The notes under the pieces are model-generated. The model was not told where the DNA came from. It was given only the letters and a program-made list of their open reading frames with translations, and made no database searches. The position numbers and the translations under genes were made by a program. From a virus (lineage: Duplodnaviria > Caudoviricetes), in the IMG/VR virus record IMGVR_UViG_3300005326_000051, positions 1-58,240 of that record: 58,240 nt of DNA; one strand, given 5' to 3'. The first letter of the stretch is position 1. Each line of letters begins with the position of its first letter. Below, in pieces: positions 19,171 to 29,080 of the stretch.

Positions 19171-21539
19171 CTAATATCAACATCCTTACCTTCACCCCAA
19201 GAATCTCCAACTTTAAAGTCAACGTCGATGTAGAATTCTTCTCCTCTGAATGGAATAGGAATTAACATTTTCGAGCGCATGAACTTAATAGTATCCATAA
19301 CATTCTCTTCACGGCAAAGAACGTATACTGCATCGTGAAGCTGAAGTAGAATGTGTAATTCGTAGAGCAGATCATCTAATGAGTCGTACATACTAAGTAA
19401 AGCCTTGTTTAACAAATCGCCAATACTTGATTGAGGTATATACGAGTACGCACTACGGAAAAGCTCATCACCCCACCTATCAAGAAATCTATGCTTCCTT
19501 CCAAACAAGTTTGTCAAAGTCTTAGTAGTCTTCAACTCACGCTGAATATTCTCGTACCATACACGAAGCTGAGGATTGATAGCATGGTAGGCCTCCATCA
19601 AATTCTTTGCTTTATTTATCTTGATACCAAGTCTGTTCGCAAGAACTGTTGGGCCAGCTGAATAACTTGCAGCATGGCGAATTGTCTTACCAATCTTTCG
19701 TAACTCGTCTGTCACTTCTGCGATAGTTATTCCCATCATCTGTGCAATAGTTAACTTGTGAATATCGTAGTTAGTTTTTTCTGTCTTTGACATTCCAAAT
19801 GAGTCATTAAACATCTTGATAAGTTTATAATCACCAGTCAGGTATGCAACCGCAACAGCTTCAGCTTGGCAATAGTCACCTTGTACTATCTTCCAACCAG
19901 CTGGTGCACGGTACATCTTCCTTGCTTCAGAAGGTATGTTCTGCAGATTTCCACTACCAAACGGCATAATAATTGAAGCGCTTGAACTCCATCGACCAAA
20001 GCTACGCTTCGTTTTCTTTGTGTCTTCCTCGTCGTCGCTAGATGCTCCAGTAATGTTGTAACTTGTATATACTTTATCTTCTGGAGAAAGCTCTATATCA
20101 AGGAAGTTCTCAATCAAAGTATTCGCCTTTTTATAGTCAAGAATCAGGTTGAATACCGGATTGTCTGGTACAAGTCTTGCCAGTGTACGAAGCGCATTAG
20201 CATCTGCTGTCATTGTTCTTGCATCTTCCTTAGCCTTTCGACGTTTATACTGCACTGGAAGTTTTAAGTCAATGTAAAGAAGCTGGCACATTTGCTTCGG
20301 AGAGTTGAAGTTGATTTCCCTCTTAAGTATCTTGTCAAGTTCAGCTTTGTACTTAGTACGCTTGTCCTTCCACAAGTCAGTCAACTTTGTTTGAGTTTCT
20401 CTGTCTACCTTAATACCTTGCAACTGCAGCATAAGTGCAACTGGAATCAAGCTCATCTCGAACTCAAAGGTCTTCATAATGTTCTGACGTTCAAGCTCAG
20501 CACGAAGAACTCTTGCAATACCGAGAGTATTTGCTGCATCAGCAGGATTGTAGTCCTGCGACTTAACAGACTTTGCTTTCCACGGAGCAACATTGAGGCA
20601 TACACTGCCGAGGAACCCTAAATCACGCGGAAGTTCTGGCCAGCAAACATGCGCAGCAATAAGCGTGTCCATATATATTTTTGAAATCAGTATATGGTTA
20701 TTAGCCCACAAGACTCCAGTATCGTATGCACCATTCTGCATAACAATTTTCTTACGTGCTACAAGTTCTGCAAACGTTTGCCAGACAAGAAGTTCATCCT
20801 TCTCTGGTAACGCAGCAGCGCGTCCTTTAATTAAGAATAAAGACATACCAAAGTTTGGGTCATGACTGAGACCAAGTTCTTCGATATGACTACCAGGTTG
20901 AATAGTCTCAACATCGACAGATAGCTCCTTAAACTCTTCATGCTCAATCAGAAAACGCATATAGTCTATGAAAGTCTTTGCATTTACATTTGGCTTAAAT
21001 ACTTGACAACACTCAGGCATTTCAGAAGTATCTGCATTTCTTCCTGCTTTGCGTAAGTCAAGTACAGTCTGGAAGTATAGCTTCCAATCACGATTAATTG
21101 CTGCTGGATGATAGGTTCCTATAACCTTCTTTCCAGGTACAAGCGTGCAAGGAAGTATATACCCACGGAAGTCAGAGATATGCTTCTCCCCAGTCAAAGC
21201 CCATAGTGCTGTTGCACCGAGAGCTACAATGATATTTGGCTGGTATAGTTCAATGTCATGTTTCAGCATTGCAATCCATGCAATAAGTTTTGGCTTAGGA
21301 ATTGTACAGGCTTTATCCTCAAAGTATAAGGATATTCTGTTATCTGGCGGACGCTCTCTTGCCACGTTTGTAACAAGGCATTGATAACGAGATATACCAG
21401 CCTGAGAAAGCAAGTTGTCAAGAGTCTGTCCAGCATACCCAACAAAAGGCTTACCAGCATCATCCTCTTCTCGTCCAGGTGCTTCGCCAACGAACATGAT
21501 CTTAGCATCCATCGGGCCTTCGGTATTTACTAACATCAT
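19152..21539 (-). CDS. polA: uracil-DNA glycosylase (family 4-like) fused to a family A DNA polymerase with 3'-5' exonuclease
   Basis: UDG motifs GEAPG, PFVG.AG, RPPDNR, TYHPAA. Exo motifs DVET, NGAYD. Pol motifs GRWSS, NLQNIP, DYCQAE, RKIGKTIRHAASY, QLHDA. Confidence 0.92.
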   Translation of the reverse strand: MMLVNTEGPMDAKIMFVGEAPGREEDDAGKPFVGYAGQTLDNLLSQAGISRYQCLVTNVARERPPDNRISLYFEDKACTIPKPKLIAWIAMLKHDIELYQPNIIVALGATALWALTGEKHISDFRGYILPCTLVPGKKVIGTYHPAAINRDWKLYFQTVLDLRKAGRNADTSEMPECCQVFKPNVNAKTFIDYMRFLIEHEEFKELSVDVETIQPGSHIEELGLSHDPNFGMSLFLIKGRAAALPEKDELLVWQTFAELVARKKIVMQNGAYDTGVLWANNHILISKIYMDTLIAAHVCWPELPRDLGFLGSVCLNVAPWKAKSVKSQDYNPADAANTLGIARVLRAELERQNIMKTFEFEMSLIPVALMLQLQGIKVDRETQTKLTDLWKDKRTKYKAELDKILKREINFNSPKQMCQLLYIDLKLPVQYKRRKAKEDARTMTADANALRTLARLVPDNPVFNLILDYKKANTLIENFLDIELSPEDKVYTSYNITGASSDDEEDTKKTKRSFGRWSSSASIIMPFGSGNLQNIPSEARKMYRAPAGWKIVQGDYCQAEAVAVAYLTGDYKLIKMFNDSFGMSKTEKTNYDIHKLTIAQMMGITIAEVTDELRKIGKTIRHAASYSAGPTVLANRLGIKINKAKNLMEAYHAINPQLRVWYENIQRELKTTKTLTNLFGRKHRFLDRWGDELFRSAYSYIPQSSIGDLLNKALLSMYDSLDDLLYELHILLQLHDAVYVLCREENVMDTIKFMRSKMLIPIPFRGEEFYIDVDFKVGDSWGEGKDVDISWRNVV

Positions 21540-21922
21540 TTAACCTCATCGAAATCGAAAGTTTTTACGCACGGTGGAACAACTGCAACATCAGTGGATT
21601 CCTTATCAGGCTTTAACAATTTGCATCCCTTGATATCAACAATATCTTTCTTAATACTTTGATTTGGCTTGTGCCAGATGAAGCGAACAACACGACTCTC
21701 TGCAACAGCCATGTTAATGGCTTGTTGAATTGTCCAGATCTGTTCGTAGACTACTGGCTTTCTGTTCGCCTTGTTCAAGGCGTTCTCATGCTCAACAGCG
21801 GCCTCGAGTTCATCAAACTCTTCCTTGTCTGCAGTAGTCACATACTTCCAGATAGGAAGATTCTTTCCTTGAATGAGTCGTTTAACTGGAATGATTGGCA
21901 TCAGTATCCTCCTTTACTGGTT

Positions 21923-21942
21923 GGTCAATTTTTGACGTTTCT
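21923..21942. repeat. dispersed palindromic site 3/11 (GGTCA-ATTTT-TGACGTTTCT)
   Basis: Read directly. About 165 bp downstream of the ParB-MTase gene. Confidence 0.85.
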
Positions 21943-22105
21943 GAGAAAAGTTGCAGTGCTTCTATCAACTCACGCATAGTAGAAGTATGCAGATCAAGTG
22001 ACTGCTGTAAGTACCTTGAAGAATCTTGAAACATTTCCATTGCAGACTGAATCATAGACCCTCCACGATACACATCATCTGCACCAACAAGAATTATTCT
22101 TTCAC

Positions 22106-23437
22106 TCATTTCACACCTCTCAACTTAGCCATTCTTGAAACAGCAAGTGCGTAGTTCTCAATGCTCTTCTCGCATCCAAGACTCAATACCTTCATCTGTA
22201 ATCCCGCCTCAACCAGTGCACCACTACCCATGCAAGGATCAATCATGTACTGTCCAGGTAGACACACTCTCGATATCAGCTCCTTGCAAAGCTCTACTGG
22301 CTTTTCGGCCTGATGTACCCGTTCGGAGGGCAGTACTGGGTCACACTGAATCCAGTCGGGTCTTCCTTGCAGGACAAGACTAGAGTTTGGTTTTCTTCCG
22401 AATAGCACAAACTCATACGCAGAGCTGAACCATCTCTCAGGTTGATTGTTCTGTCCAGTTGTTCGCTTAATCCAGACGATGGGGCGCGGGGCGACAAGCC
22501 AACCAGCAAGCTCCATTCTTTCTTTAAGCCACCAGAAGTGACTTGGCGCACAGAAAATGAGCGCATGGCCTGTGTCTTTTGTGACTCGGTAAGATTCAGT
22601 GACGAGTCTTTCAAGAAGAGCTTTAGCATAGCCTTCACTGTCGTCATAGGTAGTTCCAGTTCCTGTAATGCTTCCACCTGTTTCTCCTCCAACTGTCATA
22701 GCAACGTCATGAATGTCTATACCGTAGGGCGGGTCAGTAAAGAATAAGTCTACTGTGCCTGTTCCAATACCGGCAAGATATTCTTCAGCTGCTTTGTTTA
22801 CAAGAATGCACTCGTCAGATTTCTTAATGATATCTTCATAAGATGTGAGTGCTTGCATCTGCCGCTGTACATTTTCAATTCCCTTCACAGCTTTTTTAAT
22901 ATCTGACTTTGATTTACACTCACTGAGGTTCGGGAACTGTTTAATCGCCGCGGCAATCTGAAGTTCTTCAATGACTGAACCTTTTGTCTTACCAAGCATT
23001 TCTGCAGCATCTTCAAGTGTGAACCCACCTTCCTTACCCTGGACAGGCGTACCATGAAGCTTACGTTTCAGTGCAACCATTTCGTCTACTGCAAGAGCGT
23101 ACTCAGCTGGAGTAAGTTCCTCACGCTGAAGATTCTCTTCAAGCTCAAGCTCACGTAAAGTAAGCGGATCAAGCACATCCTTGTAACATACGCGAGCCTT
23201 ACGGCCAAGCAGCATACATGCCGCAAGCCTACGTCCACCGGCAATCAACGTGTTGTCTCTTGCTATCAGGATTGGCAGAAGTTGACCGTACTTCTTTATC
23301 GACTCCACCATCTTCTCAATCTTTACAAGATCTTTTCTTTGCCGAGGTCGTTCTGTACTGATGATAACATCAGTAGGTTCCATCTCGAAAATAAGTTCTT
23401 CGCTAATTTGTGTCTGTACTTTCTGTTCCTCATTCAT
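22106..23437 (-). CDS. ParB/Srx domain + HTH + N6A/N4C DNA methyltransferase fusion
   Basis: GQLLPILI...IAGGRRLAA...EENLQRE (ParB). TLEDAAEMLGKTKGSV (HTH). TDPPY, HQAEKP, DPCMGSG (beta-class MTase). Confidence 0.9.
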   Translation of the reverse strand: MNEEQKVQTQISEELIFEMEPTDVIISTERPRQRKDLVKIEKMVESIKKYGQLLPILIARDNTLIAGGRRLAACMLLGRKARVCYKDVLDPLTLRELELEENLQREELTPAEYALAVDEMVALKRKLHGTPVQGKEGGFTLEDAAEMLGKTKGSVIEELQIAAAIKQFPNLSECKSKSDIKKAVKGIENVQRQMQALTSYEDIIKKSDECILVNKAAEEYLAGIGTGTVDLFFTDPPYGIDIHDVAMTVGGETGGSITGTGTTYDDSEGYAKALLERLVTESYRVTKDTGHALIFCAPSHFWWLKERMELAGWLVAPRPIVWIKRTTGQNNQPERWFSSAYEFVLFGRKPNSSLVLQGRPDWIQCDPVLPSERVHQAEKPVELCKELISRVCLPGQYMIDPCMGSGALVEAGLQMKVLSLGCEKSIENYALAVSRMAKLRGVK

Positions 23438-24008
23438 CCTTTACTTCCTCTTCGTCCTTAGGAGCTTCAATAGGGTGCATTCGACTGAATGTTTTATCAG
23501 CAGAATCTTCGTAACACAACTTAACTCCAAACATCGCCATACAAGTATTTCCGTTAGAGTCAGTACCAAGTACCTGATAGTATCGAAGGCCGTTTACTGT
23601 TCCGGCCTTGGCTATACCAAGTGCTGAAAGAATCTTAACTTCAACTGGCATCAGCTTCCTCCACAGATTCCATAAATGTAATAACCACTTTATCAGGCAT
23701 GGGCATACCAGCTTTAAGGTACAGGCCACCTGATACTTCATCTCCTACCTTACCGATAGTGTAGTGATCGTGCTCCACTTTCCGAATCACTTCGCCGTCT
23801 TCGTTGTAAATAGGTGTTGAAATTAACTGATCAAATCTTGCTCGTATATTCATGAGTCTTCTCCTATTTCATAAGTGTCATCTTTGAATAAGTCAACGTC
23901 GTCAGACGCTGGTAGTTCCGCATCTACTGACTGTGGGCTTAAAGCTCGTAGCGATTCAATGTCTTTCTTTTTAAGACCAAGAAGTTTCATCATAACTTTC
24001 TCGTCCTC

Positions 24009-24031
24009 AGAAAGGTCGCATTTTGACTTTT
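24009..24031. repeat. dispersed palindromic site 4/11 (AGAAAGGTCG-CATTT-TGACTTTT)
   Basis: Read directly. Intragenic. Confidence 0.75.
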
Positions 24032-24176
24032 TGGCTGATGAGCTTTTTTTCGCTACTGGGATTCTTTCCAAATCCTGTGCCCGTTTAAGTCTATATTCTA
24101 CTATAAATTTTAATTGCTCTTCTGGTGAAGACCTTCCGAAGTTCTGGTACAGGTTTTCTAACCGCACAAATTCCTC

Positions 24177-24512
24177 CTAGAGTAAAAGTTTAAAGGTAGT
24201 GATCAGTATGCTGGTGTGCAGTAACTGGTCAAACCCGATCATTGCAAAGAACCAGTGTCTGTGAGACTGGTGCAAACGTGAGTTGATACGGGACGTAACT
24301 GCGTCGATAAGAAAATGTGTCCCGAAGGTGATTAAGATAAACATGAGACTGAACACCCAGAAGAAACAGACGGAGTAGACAAGACTGTGAGCAAAAAGTA
24401 TTAACCAACTCTTGCTCTTGTTAATCACCATTTCATCTGACTGCATGAGGAAGTCTGCAATGAAGTGAGTAAGGAGAAGGAGCAGGATTGAGTAAGTATA
24501 TAAGTCCATCAA
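24177..24512 (-). CDS. DUF3307-like membrane protein
   Basis: HFIADFLMQ, HSLVY, THFLID, GFDQLLH. Confidence 0.8.
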   Translation of the reverse strand: MMDLYTYSILLLLLTHFIADFLMQSDEMVINKSKSWLILFAHSLVYSVCFFWVFSLMFILITFGTHFLIDAVTSRINSRLHQSHRHWFFAMIGFDQLLHTSILITTFKLLL

Positions 24513-24898
24513 CCTTCTCCTAGTTGCTCTTTCAGGTACTTGTCAATATCCGGTGGCTGCCAGCCAGCAGGTTTCAACAGCTTCCCATCTGCTCGTTTTA
24601 CTCCACCCTTCTTAGCCATGTTTGTTCTGTGGACTTCATCCCAGATCGGACGTATGTCTATCCCGTAGGTAACGGCTGTGCCGAGCAGGACTACAATGGA
24701 GTCAGCAATACCATCTGCGATCTTAACAAGATCATCCTTTTCCATTGCTTCGAATAATTCTCGGTTGACCTCTTCGCCTATTAACTCCATTCGTAGACAG
24801 ACTTCGTCATCTGTAGGAACGTGTGGCTTCGTACTGAACTTATCCCCAACTACCTGTTCATGAAAATCCTTTACATCTTGATACCAGTCTTGGCTCAT
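24509..24898 (-). CDS. MazG-like nucleotide pyrophosphohydrolase
   Basis: LIGEEV.RE, IADGIADSIVV, EVHRTNMAK, DGKLLKPAGWQPP. Confidence 0.85.
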   Translation of the reverse strand: MSQDWYQDVKDFHEQVVGDKFSTKPHVPTDDEVCLRMELIGEEVNRELFEAMEKDDLVKIADGIADSIVVLLGTAVTYGIDIRPIWDEVHRTNMAKKGGVKRADGKLLKPAGWQPPDIDKYLKEQLGEG

Positions 24899-25174
24899 TT
24901 TACACCTCCTATAAAGCCTGCTCGCCTTTCTTCTCCGGCTAATGTACTACCAGTATTAACACTTGCTCTACATGCGTTTTGCGCTAAGTCGTATAGCTCT
25001 ACTGCTGGTATAATACCTATAGTTTTGTTAGCAAACTCTATCTTTATTCCTGCTCCATTACTATGTTTAGTTTTTAGCACTGTAGTAAGTTTAACTATAC
25101 CGCTTAAAGTTGTTATAGTATAGCTTAGTAAGTTACTAGTTTTACTCTTATTCATTTTACTTTCCTTTCTTTAC

Positions 25175-25250
25175 TGGTCGGAGCAGGAGGATTTGAACCT
25201 CCGACCTCTCGCTCCCAAAGCGAGCGCGCTACCAACTGCGCCATGCTCCG
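25175..25250 (-). tRNA. tRNA-Pro(TGG)
   Basis: 76-nt cloverleaf: CGGAGCA/TGCTCCG acceptor stem, CTCGC-TT-TGG-GA-GCGAG anticodon arm, GGTTCAAATCC T arm, encoded ACCA. Confidence 0.97.
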
Positions 25251-25254
25251 TAAA

Positions 25255-25373
25255 GAACAGCATCCTGACTCCTGCACATTCCCCAATATATAGGTATGAG
25301 AGACAAACACTTTTCAATCAAGCCCTTTAGACTTAAGTGTTTAATTGTTTGTTCTACTATCAGGATGCTGTTC
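25255..25373 (-). ncRNA. candidate 119-nt structured RNA immediately 5' of tRNA-Pro
   Basis: Perfect 14-bp closing stem GAACAGCATCCTGA/TCAGGATGCTGTTC. Inner 8-bp stem AAACACTT/AAGTGTTT. Intergenic. Confidence 0.5.
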
Positions 25374-25886
25374 ATAGATTGTTTGCTTTCTACTCGTCTT
25401 CAAGAACCTTCTTTTCAAGAAGTGTACGCTCCCGTTTCAGTTCGACAAGTTTCTTTTCCGTGTTTGCAATCTCCTCATCTAGTGCAGAGATGAGTTCCTT
25501 TGTTGCATCAAGCAACTGTCCTCTACGTCTCTTCATTTGAAATCTCCTTTTTAAGCAGCGATTGAATGCTAGACTTAAGTCCTTCAGCCTTCGCAATGTT
25601 ATCTTTATGCTGATCGTTATCTTCGATAAGACTTTTAATTGTTGCTTCGTTGTAGCTAACCTCACCAACAAGAGCATTGATACCAATCTCGAGATCTTGA
25701 ATCATTACCTCGAACTTATCAAACACTCCTTGAATCTTTCTCACCGCTGACTGGACTGGTGTCTCCGTTTTGAAAAACTCCACTTTGAATTCTCCTCTCG
25801 TAGTAAAGGGGGAGCAGGACATTTGGCGCTGCCCTACTCCCCACAAAAGGTAGTGTAAAATCACATCACTGAAAAACCACTACCTG

Positions 25887-26429
25887 CTAGTACATTGCAC
25901 TCTTCTTCGCTCTGTTTACAGAGTTTCTGAACTTTCCCTGATACTCGTCAACATCTACATCCAAATCTGCTTCCGTGCCTTCCCAGATATGGTTAGCAAG
26001 AGCTTCTGCAATCTTTTGCGGAGTAGACATATCAATACCAAGTTTATCTTCGAAGTCCTTGAGCATGTTGATCTTACTCTGCCGTTTCGTTGACGTACCG
26101 TTCTTAGTCATTTCATTCTCGTCACCAGGTTTAGGCAGCCAGTTCCTAAAGAATACATGCGCTCCATCAATAGGAGTCTCACCATCGTTCTTTACTCCGC
26201 CGTTGTCGTGCAAGCAGAAATCCCAGACAATGCAATACTGTCCTGCGTTGAATTTAATAGCAGTGGCAACGCCGTGATAAGTTCCTTTGGGAATCAGGGG
26301 ATCAGGTTTGAACTCGTCTTCAACATTGAAGTCAAGACCACCGAGTGCTTCTCCTGCTTCTGCTCCGTCCATCAAAGGCTCGTTTTCTACTTCTGCCGCT
26401 TCCGAATTTACCGCATTCTTTTTAGCCAT
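25887..26429 (-). CDS. single-stranded DNA-binding protein candidate (DUF669-like)
   Basis: PLIPKGTYH...VDEYQGKFRNSV. Directly downstream of the Sak4-like ATPase. Confidence 0.65.
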   Translation of the reverse strand: MAKKNAVNSEAAEVENEPLMDGAEAGEALGGLDFNVEDEFKPDPLIPKGTYHGVATAIKFNAGQYCIVWDFCLHDNGGVKNDGETPIDGAHVFFRNWLPKPGDENEMTKNGTSTKRQSKINMLKDFEDKLGIDMSTPQKIAEALANHIWEGTEADLDVDVDEYQGKFRNSVNRAKKSAMY

Positions 26430-26430
26430 A

Positions 26431-27240
26431 CTACTTTACTCCTTCTTTTGTTGTTGTACTTGTTGGTTGTTTCGCTGTCGTCTTTGTCTTCTTGCCAGTC
26501 AAGTAATCCATAATTTCGTTGTAGTTATTCTCGACAAGATCAGGTAACAGTCTATCCTTTCCGCTCAAACGAGATCGTCCGTGGTTTCTTCCGATAGGAA
26601 TTGTCTGGACGAACCATTTAGTTTCTCCACCAACCACCTTCGAAGTGTGGTAGTAGACTTCATCAAAGTAGCTTGGAACATCTGCCGACAGTTTGCCTGT
26701 GAGAGACGGCTCAACCCCAATAACTGCACCCTCCTCATCTTTGATAGTATCAAGGTGAGCGATGAGTACTAGGTTACAGTTCAAGTTTAACATTTGACGA
26801 AGTCTACCTTCCATAAGATTCTTTACCATCTGGTAATGAACATTCCACAGTGGGCCATTGGTAGCTGATCGTTTCGGGTCAAGCTGCATAGCTTTCTCCA
26901 TACAGATGTCTGTCATGGCAGATAGGTTATCCACGATAACAGTCTGTATCTGTCCAGGCAACTGGACACCCTCTTCATTCGGCCAGAGCTTTCCTTCCTT
27001 CAAACACTTCTGAAGTTGAACAAAGTCCTTTTCATACTTTGCCCAACCAGCAGCACTCACAGGATACTGCTCGTAGTCAAAAGCTTTTCCTCGGTAAGAA
27101 ATAATCTCCATACCGAAGTCGAAGATGAAGCCGGGGGTTGGAAAGCTTGAGGCGAAGATGCTCTTGCCTGTGCCCGATTCTCCGACACTCATCACTTTCA
27201 GAAATTCTGAAACTACTGTTACATCTTTTGCACTTGGCAT
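26431..27240 (-). CDS. AAA_24 / Sak4-like ssDNA-annealing ATPase
   Basis: GESGTGKS, VIVDNLS, VLIAH, PSYFDEVY. Confidence 0.85.
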   Translation of the reverse strand: MPSAKDVTVVSEFLKVMSVGESGTGKSIFASSFPTPGFIFDFGMEIISYRGKAFDYEQYPVSAAGWAKYEKDFVQLQKCLKEGKLWPNEEGVQLPGQIQTVIVDNLSAMTDICMEKAMQLDPKRSATNGPLWNVHYQMVKNLMEGRLRQMLNLNCNLVLIAHLDTIKDEEGAVIGVEPSLTGKLSADVPSYFDEVYYHTSKVVGGETKWFVQTIPIGRNHGRSRLSGKDRLLPDLVENNYNEIMDYLTGKKTKTTAKQPTSTTTKEGVK

Positions 27241-27541
27241 CTTTCTTCTCCTTTTATATACCCAAGCTTAAACCACTCAAATTCTTCTTTTAAACTACGT
27301 AGCAAAAGAAACGCTTCATGATCTGGCTCTCTTTCTTTTACTTGGCAATACGCTTCCCAGATTTCTGTATTGTCTGTCCAGGGTTCTTGCATTGAGTTTT
27401 CTTTTCCTTTATTTTCTTAAGCTCGAACTTAGCGTAGAGCTCAATCCTTTCAACCTTGTCTGTACTTGCCGCATAGATATCGCAGATTGTAATTATGTGC
27501 TTCAGTACAGACTCAACTGTTTCTTCTTTTTCTTTTGACAT

Positions 27542-28489
27542 TTAATCTTCCTCGACAAGCACATCCCAAAAATCTTGGTGAAATCCATCAAAGTTTAACT
27601 GTTCATACGGACGATGCTGTTGACAGATTCGCAGGTATGGACAAGCTCCATACTGGTAACAGTTATCAAAACTCTCTGGCCAGAAATCATACTGCATGGC
27701 GTAGTAGATGTCCTTGCAGGTATCAATAAAGCTAAGTTTCCACGCTGCAATATCTCCGGCAGTATAAATCTGCGGCACACGCTTGAAGTCAAACTTGGAC
27801 TCCCCGTACTCCCCAGTCTTCTTAGACTTATACGCTCCGACGTAGTGGAAAGAAGCAAGACACCCGTTAGGCTTGAAGTCAAGTACCTTGTCTCCAGCAT
27901 AGGAATACCCAATGAACTGAGGACTCCGATTCGCCTTCGCAATTACCTGATCAAGAATCCATCCTGTAGTCTTGAAATCGAACATCCATTTCTGACTGTC
28001 CATTTCAACTGACAAGTCGATCTTACCAGTAAAAATTACCGGCGGGAGCTTGGAGAGTACACGCTCTTCCAGTTCACTGTCCGGTAGCATCGGGCACTCA
28101 AATTTTGTTTCAGTTGAAATGATCTTGATATAGTCTTTATCCTGCTCAAAGAAAGCAAGGTACGCAGCGAATGCTGCAACAGCTGTATTGAAGTTCTTGT
28201 AATCATCAACGAAAGTCTTTTTCTTCCGTTCCGAATCCCACTTCTTCTTACCAAGTTCAAGTCCAGCTGTCAATGCTGCCATATGTTCGTCTGGAGCTTT
28301 CGGCCAGCCATGCTCCTTCACCCAGTTGTGGTATCCTTCCTGAATCCCGTGCCAAACTACACCATAAAGTATTGCAGTAGAGCCATAATCTGACTGCCAA
28401 CCCTTCACATGCTGAAGGTAGTACTTCATCTTGCACTGGCGGAAGGTACTGCGTTTTGTGTTATCTAAAATTAATTTTTCATCTGACAT
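27542..28489 (-). CDS. PD-(D/E)XK Cas4/RecB-like exonuclease
   Basis: GKIDL...DFKTTG, Q..GY, N-terminal Cys plus C-terminal C....ACPY..IC cluster. Probable start is the ATG at 28489. Confidence 0.85.
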   Translation of the reverse strand: MSDEKLILDNTKRSTFRQCKMKYYLQHVKGWQSDYGSTAILYGVVWHGIQEGYHNWVKEHGWPKAPDEHMAALTAGLELGKKKWDSERKKKTFVDDYKNFNTAVAAFAAYLAFFEQDKDYIKIISTETKFECPMLPDSELEERVLSKLPPVIFTGKIDLSVEMDSQKWMFDFKTTGWILDQVIAKANRSPQFIGYSYAGDKVLDFKPNGCLASFHYVGAYKSKKTGEYGESKFDFKRVPQIYTAGDIAAWKLSFIDTCKDIYYAMQYDFWPESFDNCYQYGACPYLRICQQHRPYEQLNFDGFHQDFWDVLVEED

Positions 28490-28548
28490 TCGTTGCCTCC
28501 AAAGCAAAAAATTCTGGCTGGTGGAAGTCCCACGAAAATCCACCAACC

Positions 28549-28568
28549 AGAAAGGTCATTTATTGACT
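28549..28568. repeat. dispersed palindromic site 5/11 (AGAAAGGTCA-TTTAT-TGACT)
   Basis: Read directly. Intergenic. Confidence 0.85.
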
Positions 28569-28585
28569 ACGTTGCTGATCAACTC

Positions 28586-29005
28586 CTATTTCAGGAGGCC
28601 AACACTCTTCAGCCACTCGGTAGCTTTGTCTTTCAGCTTACCATCAGGCATGGCGTTGTAGTTCGCCAGGATTCCGTTGACATCAATCTTCGGAGCCGCC
28701 GGAGCACGAACAGACCAGTCACCTTTGAGCAGGCCTTCCCAGACTTTGTTGATAGCATCAACAGCGTCTTTACCTTCACGACCAGCAGCCGCATCACCCA
28801 GCTTCTGGGACAGGCCGTACGGCATAAGGTTTTTCTGAATCGATTCGGGCAGAGTACCTGCGTCGAACGTCAACGTAGTTCCGGTAATACTTTCGGTAAT
28901 AGTCAGCACATTGCCAACAATACCCTTCGACAACTTCTTTTTCTTTTTCTCTGCGGGGGCTTCAGCCAGTTCCGCACCTTCAACTGGTGTTTCATTTTCA
29001 GCCAT
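28586..29005 (-). CDS. hypothetical protein, paralog of 43309-43800
   Basis: RBS AGGAG. YGLSQKLGDAAA...WEGLLKGDW motif. Confidence 0.65.
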   Translation of the reverse strand: MAENETPVEGAELAEAPAEKKKKKLSKGIVGNVLTITESITGTTLTFDAGTLPESIQKNLMPYGLSQKLGDAAAGREGKDAVDAINKVWEGLLKGDWSVRAPAAPKIDVNGILANYNAMPDGKLKDKATEWLKSVGLLK

Positions 29006-29080
29006 AACAAACTCCTTTTCTTTTTAGCGGTAGGTCGCAACCCTAGTTTTGCAAAACAAAGGAATGTAGTTGCACTCCTT

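Noticed and set aside
25255-25373. 5S rRNA mimic
   Set aside because: Only the size and branching are similar. No conserved 5S sequence motifs.
27542-28489. Cas4 as evidence of CRISPR adaptation
   Set aside because: Its context (Sak4-like ATPase plus SSB) is the standard phage recombination module.
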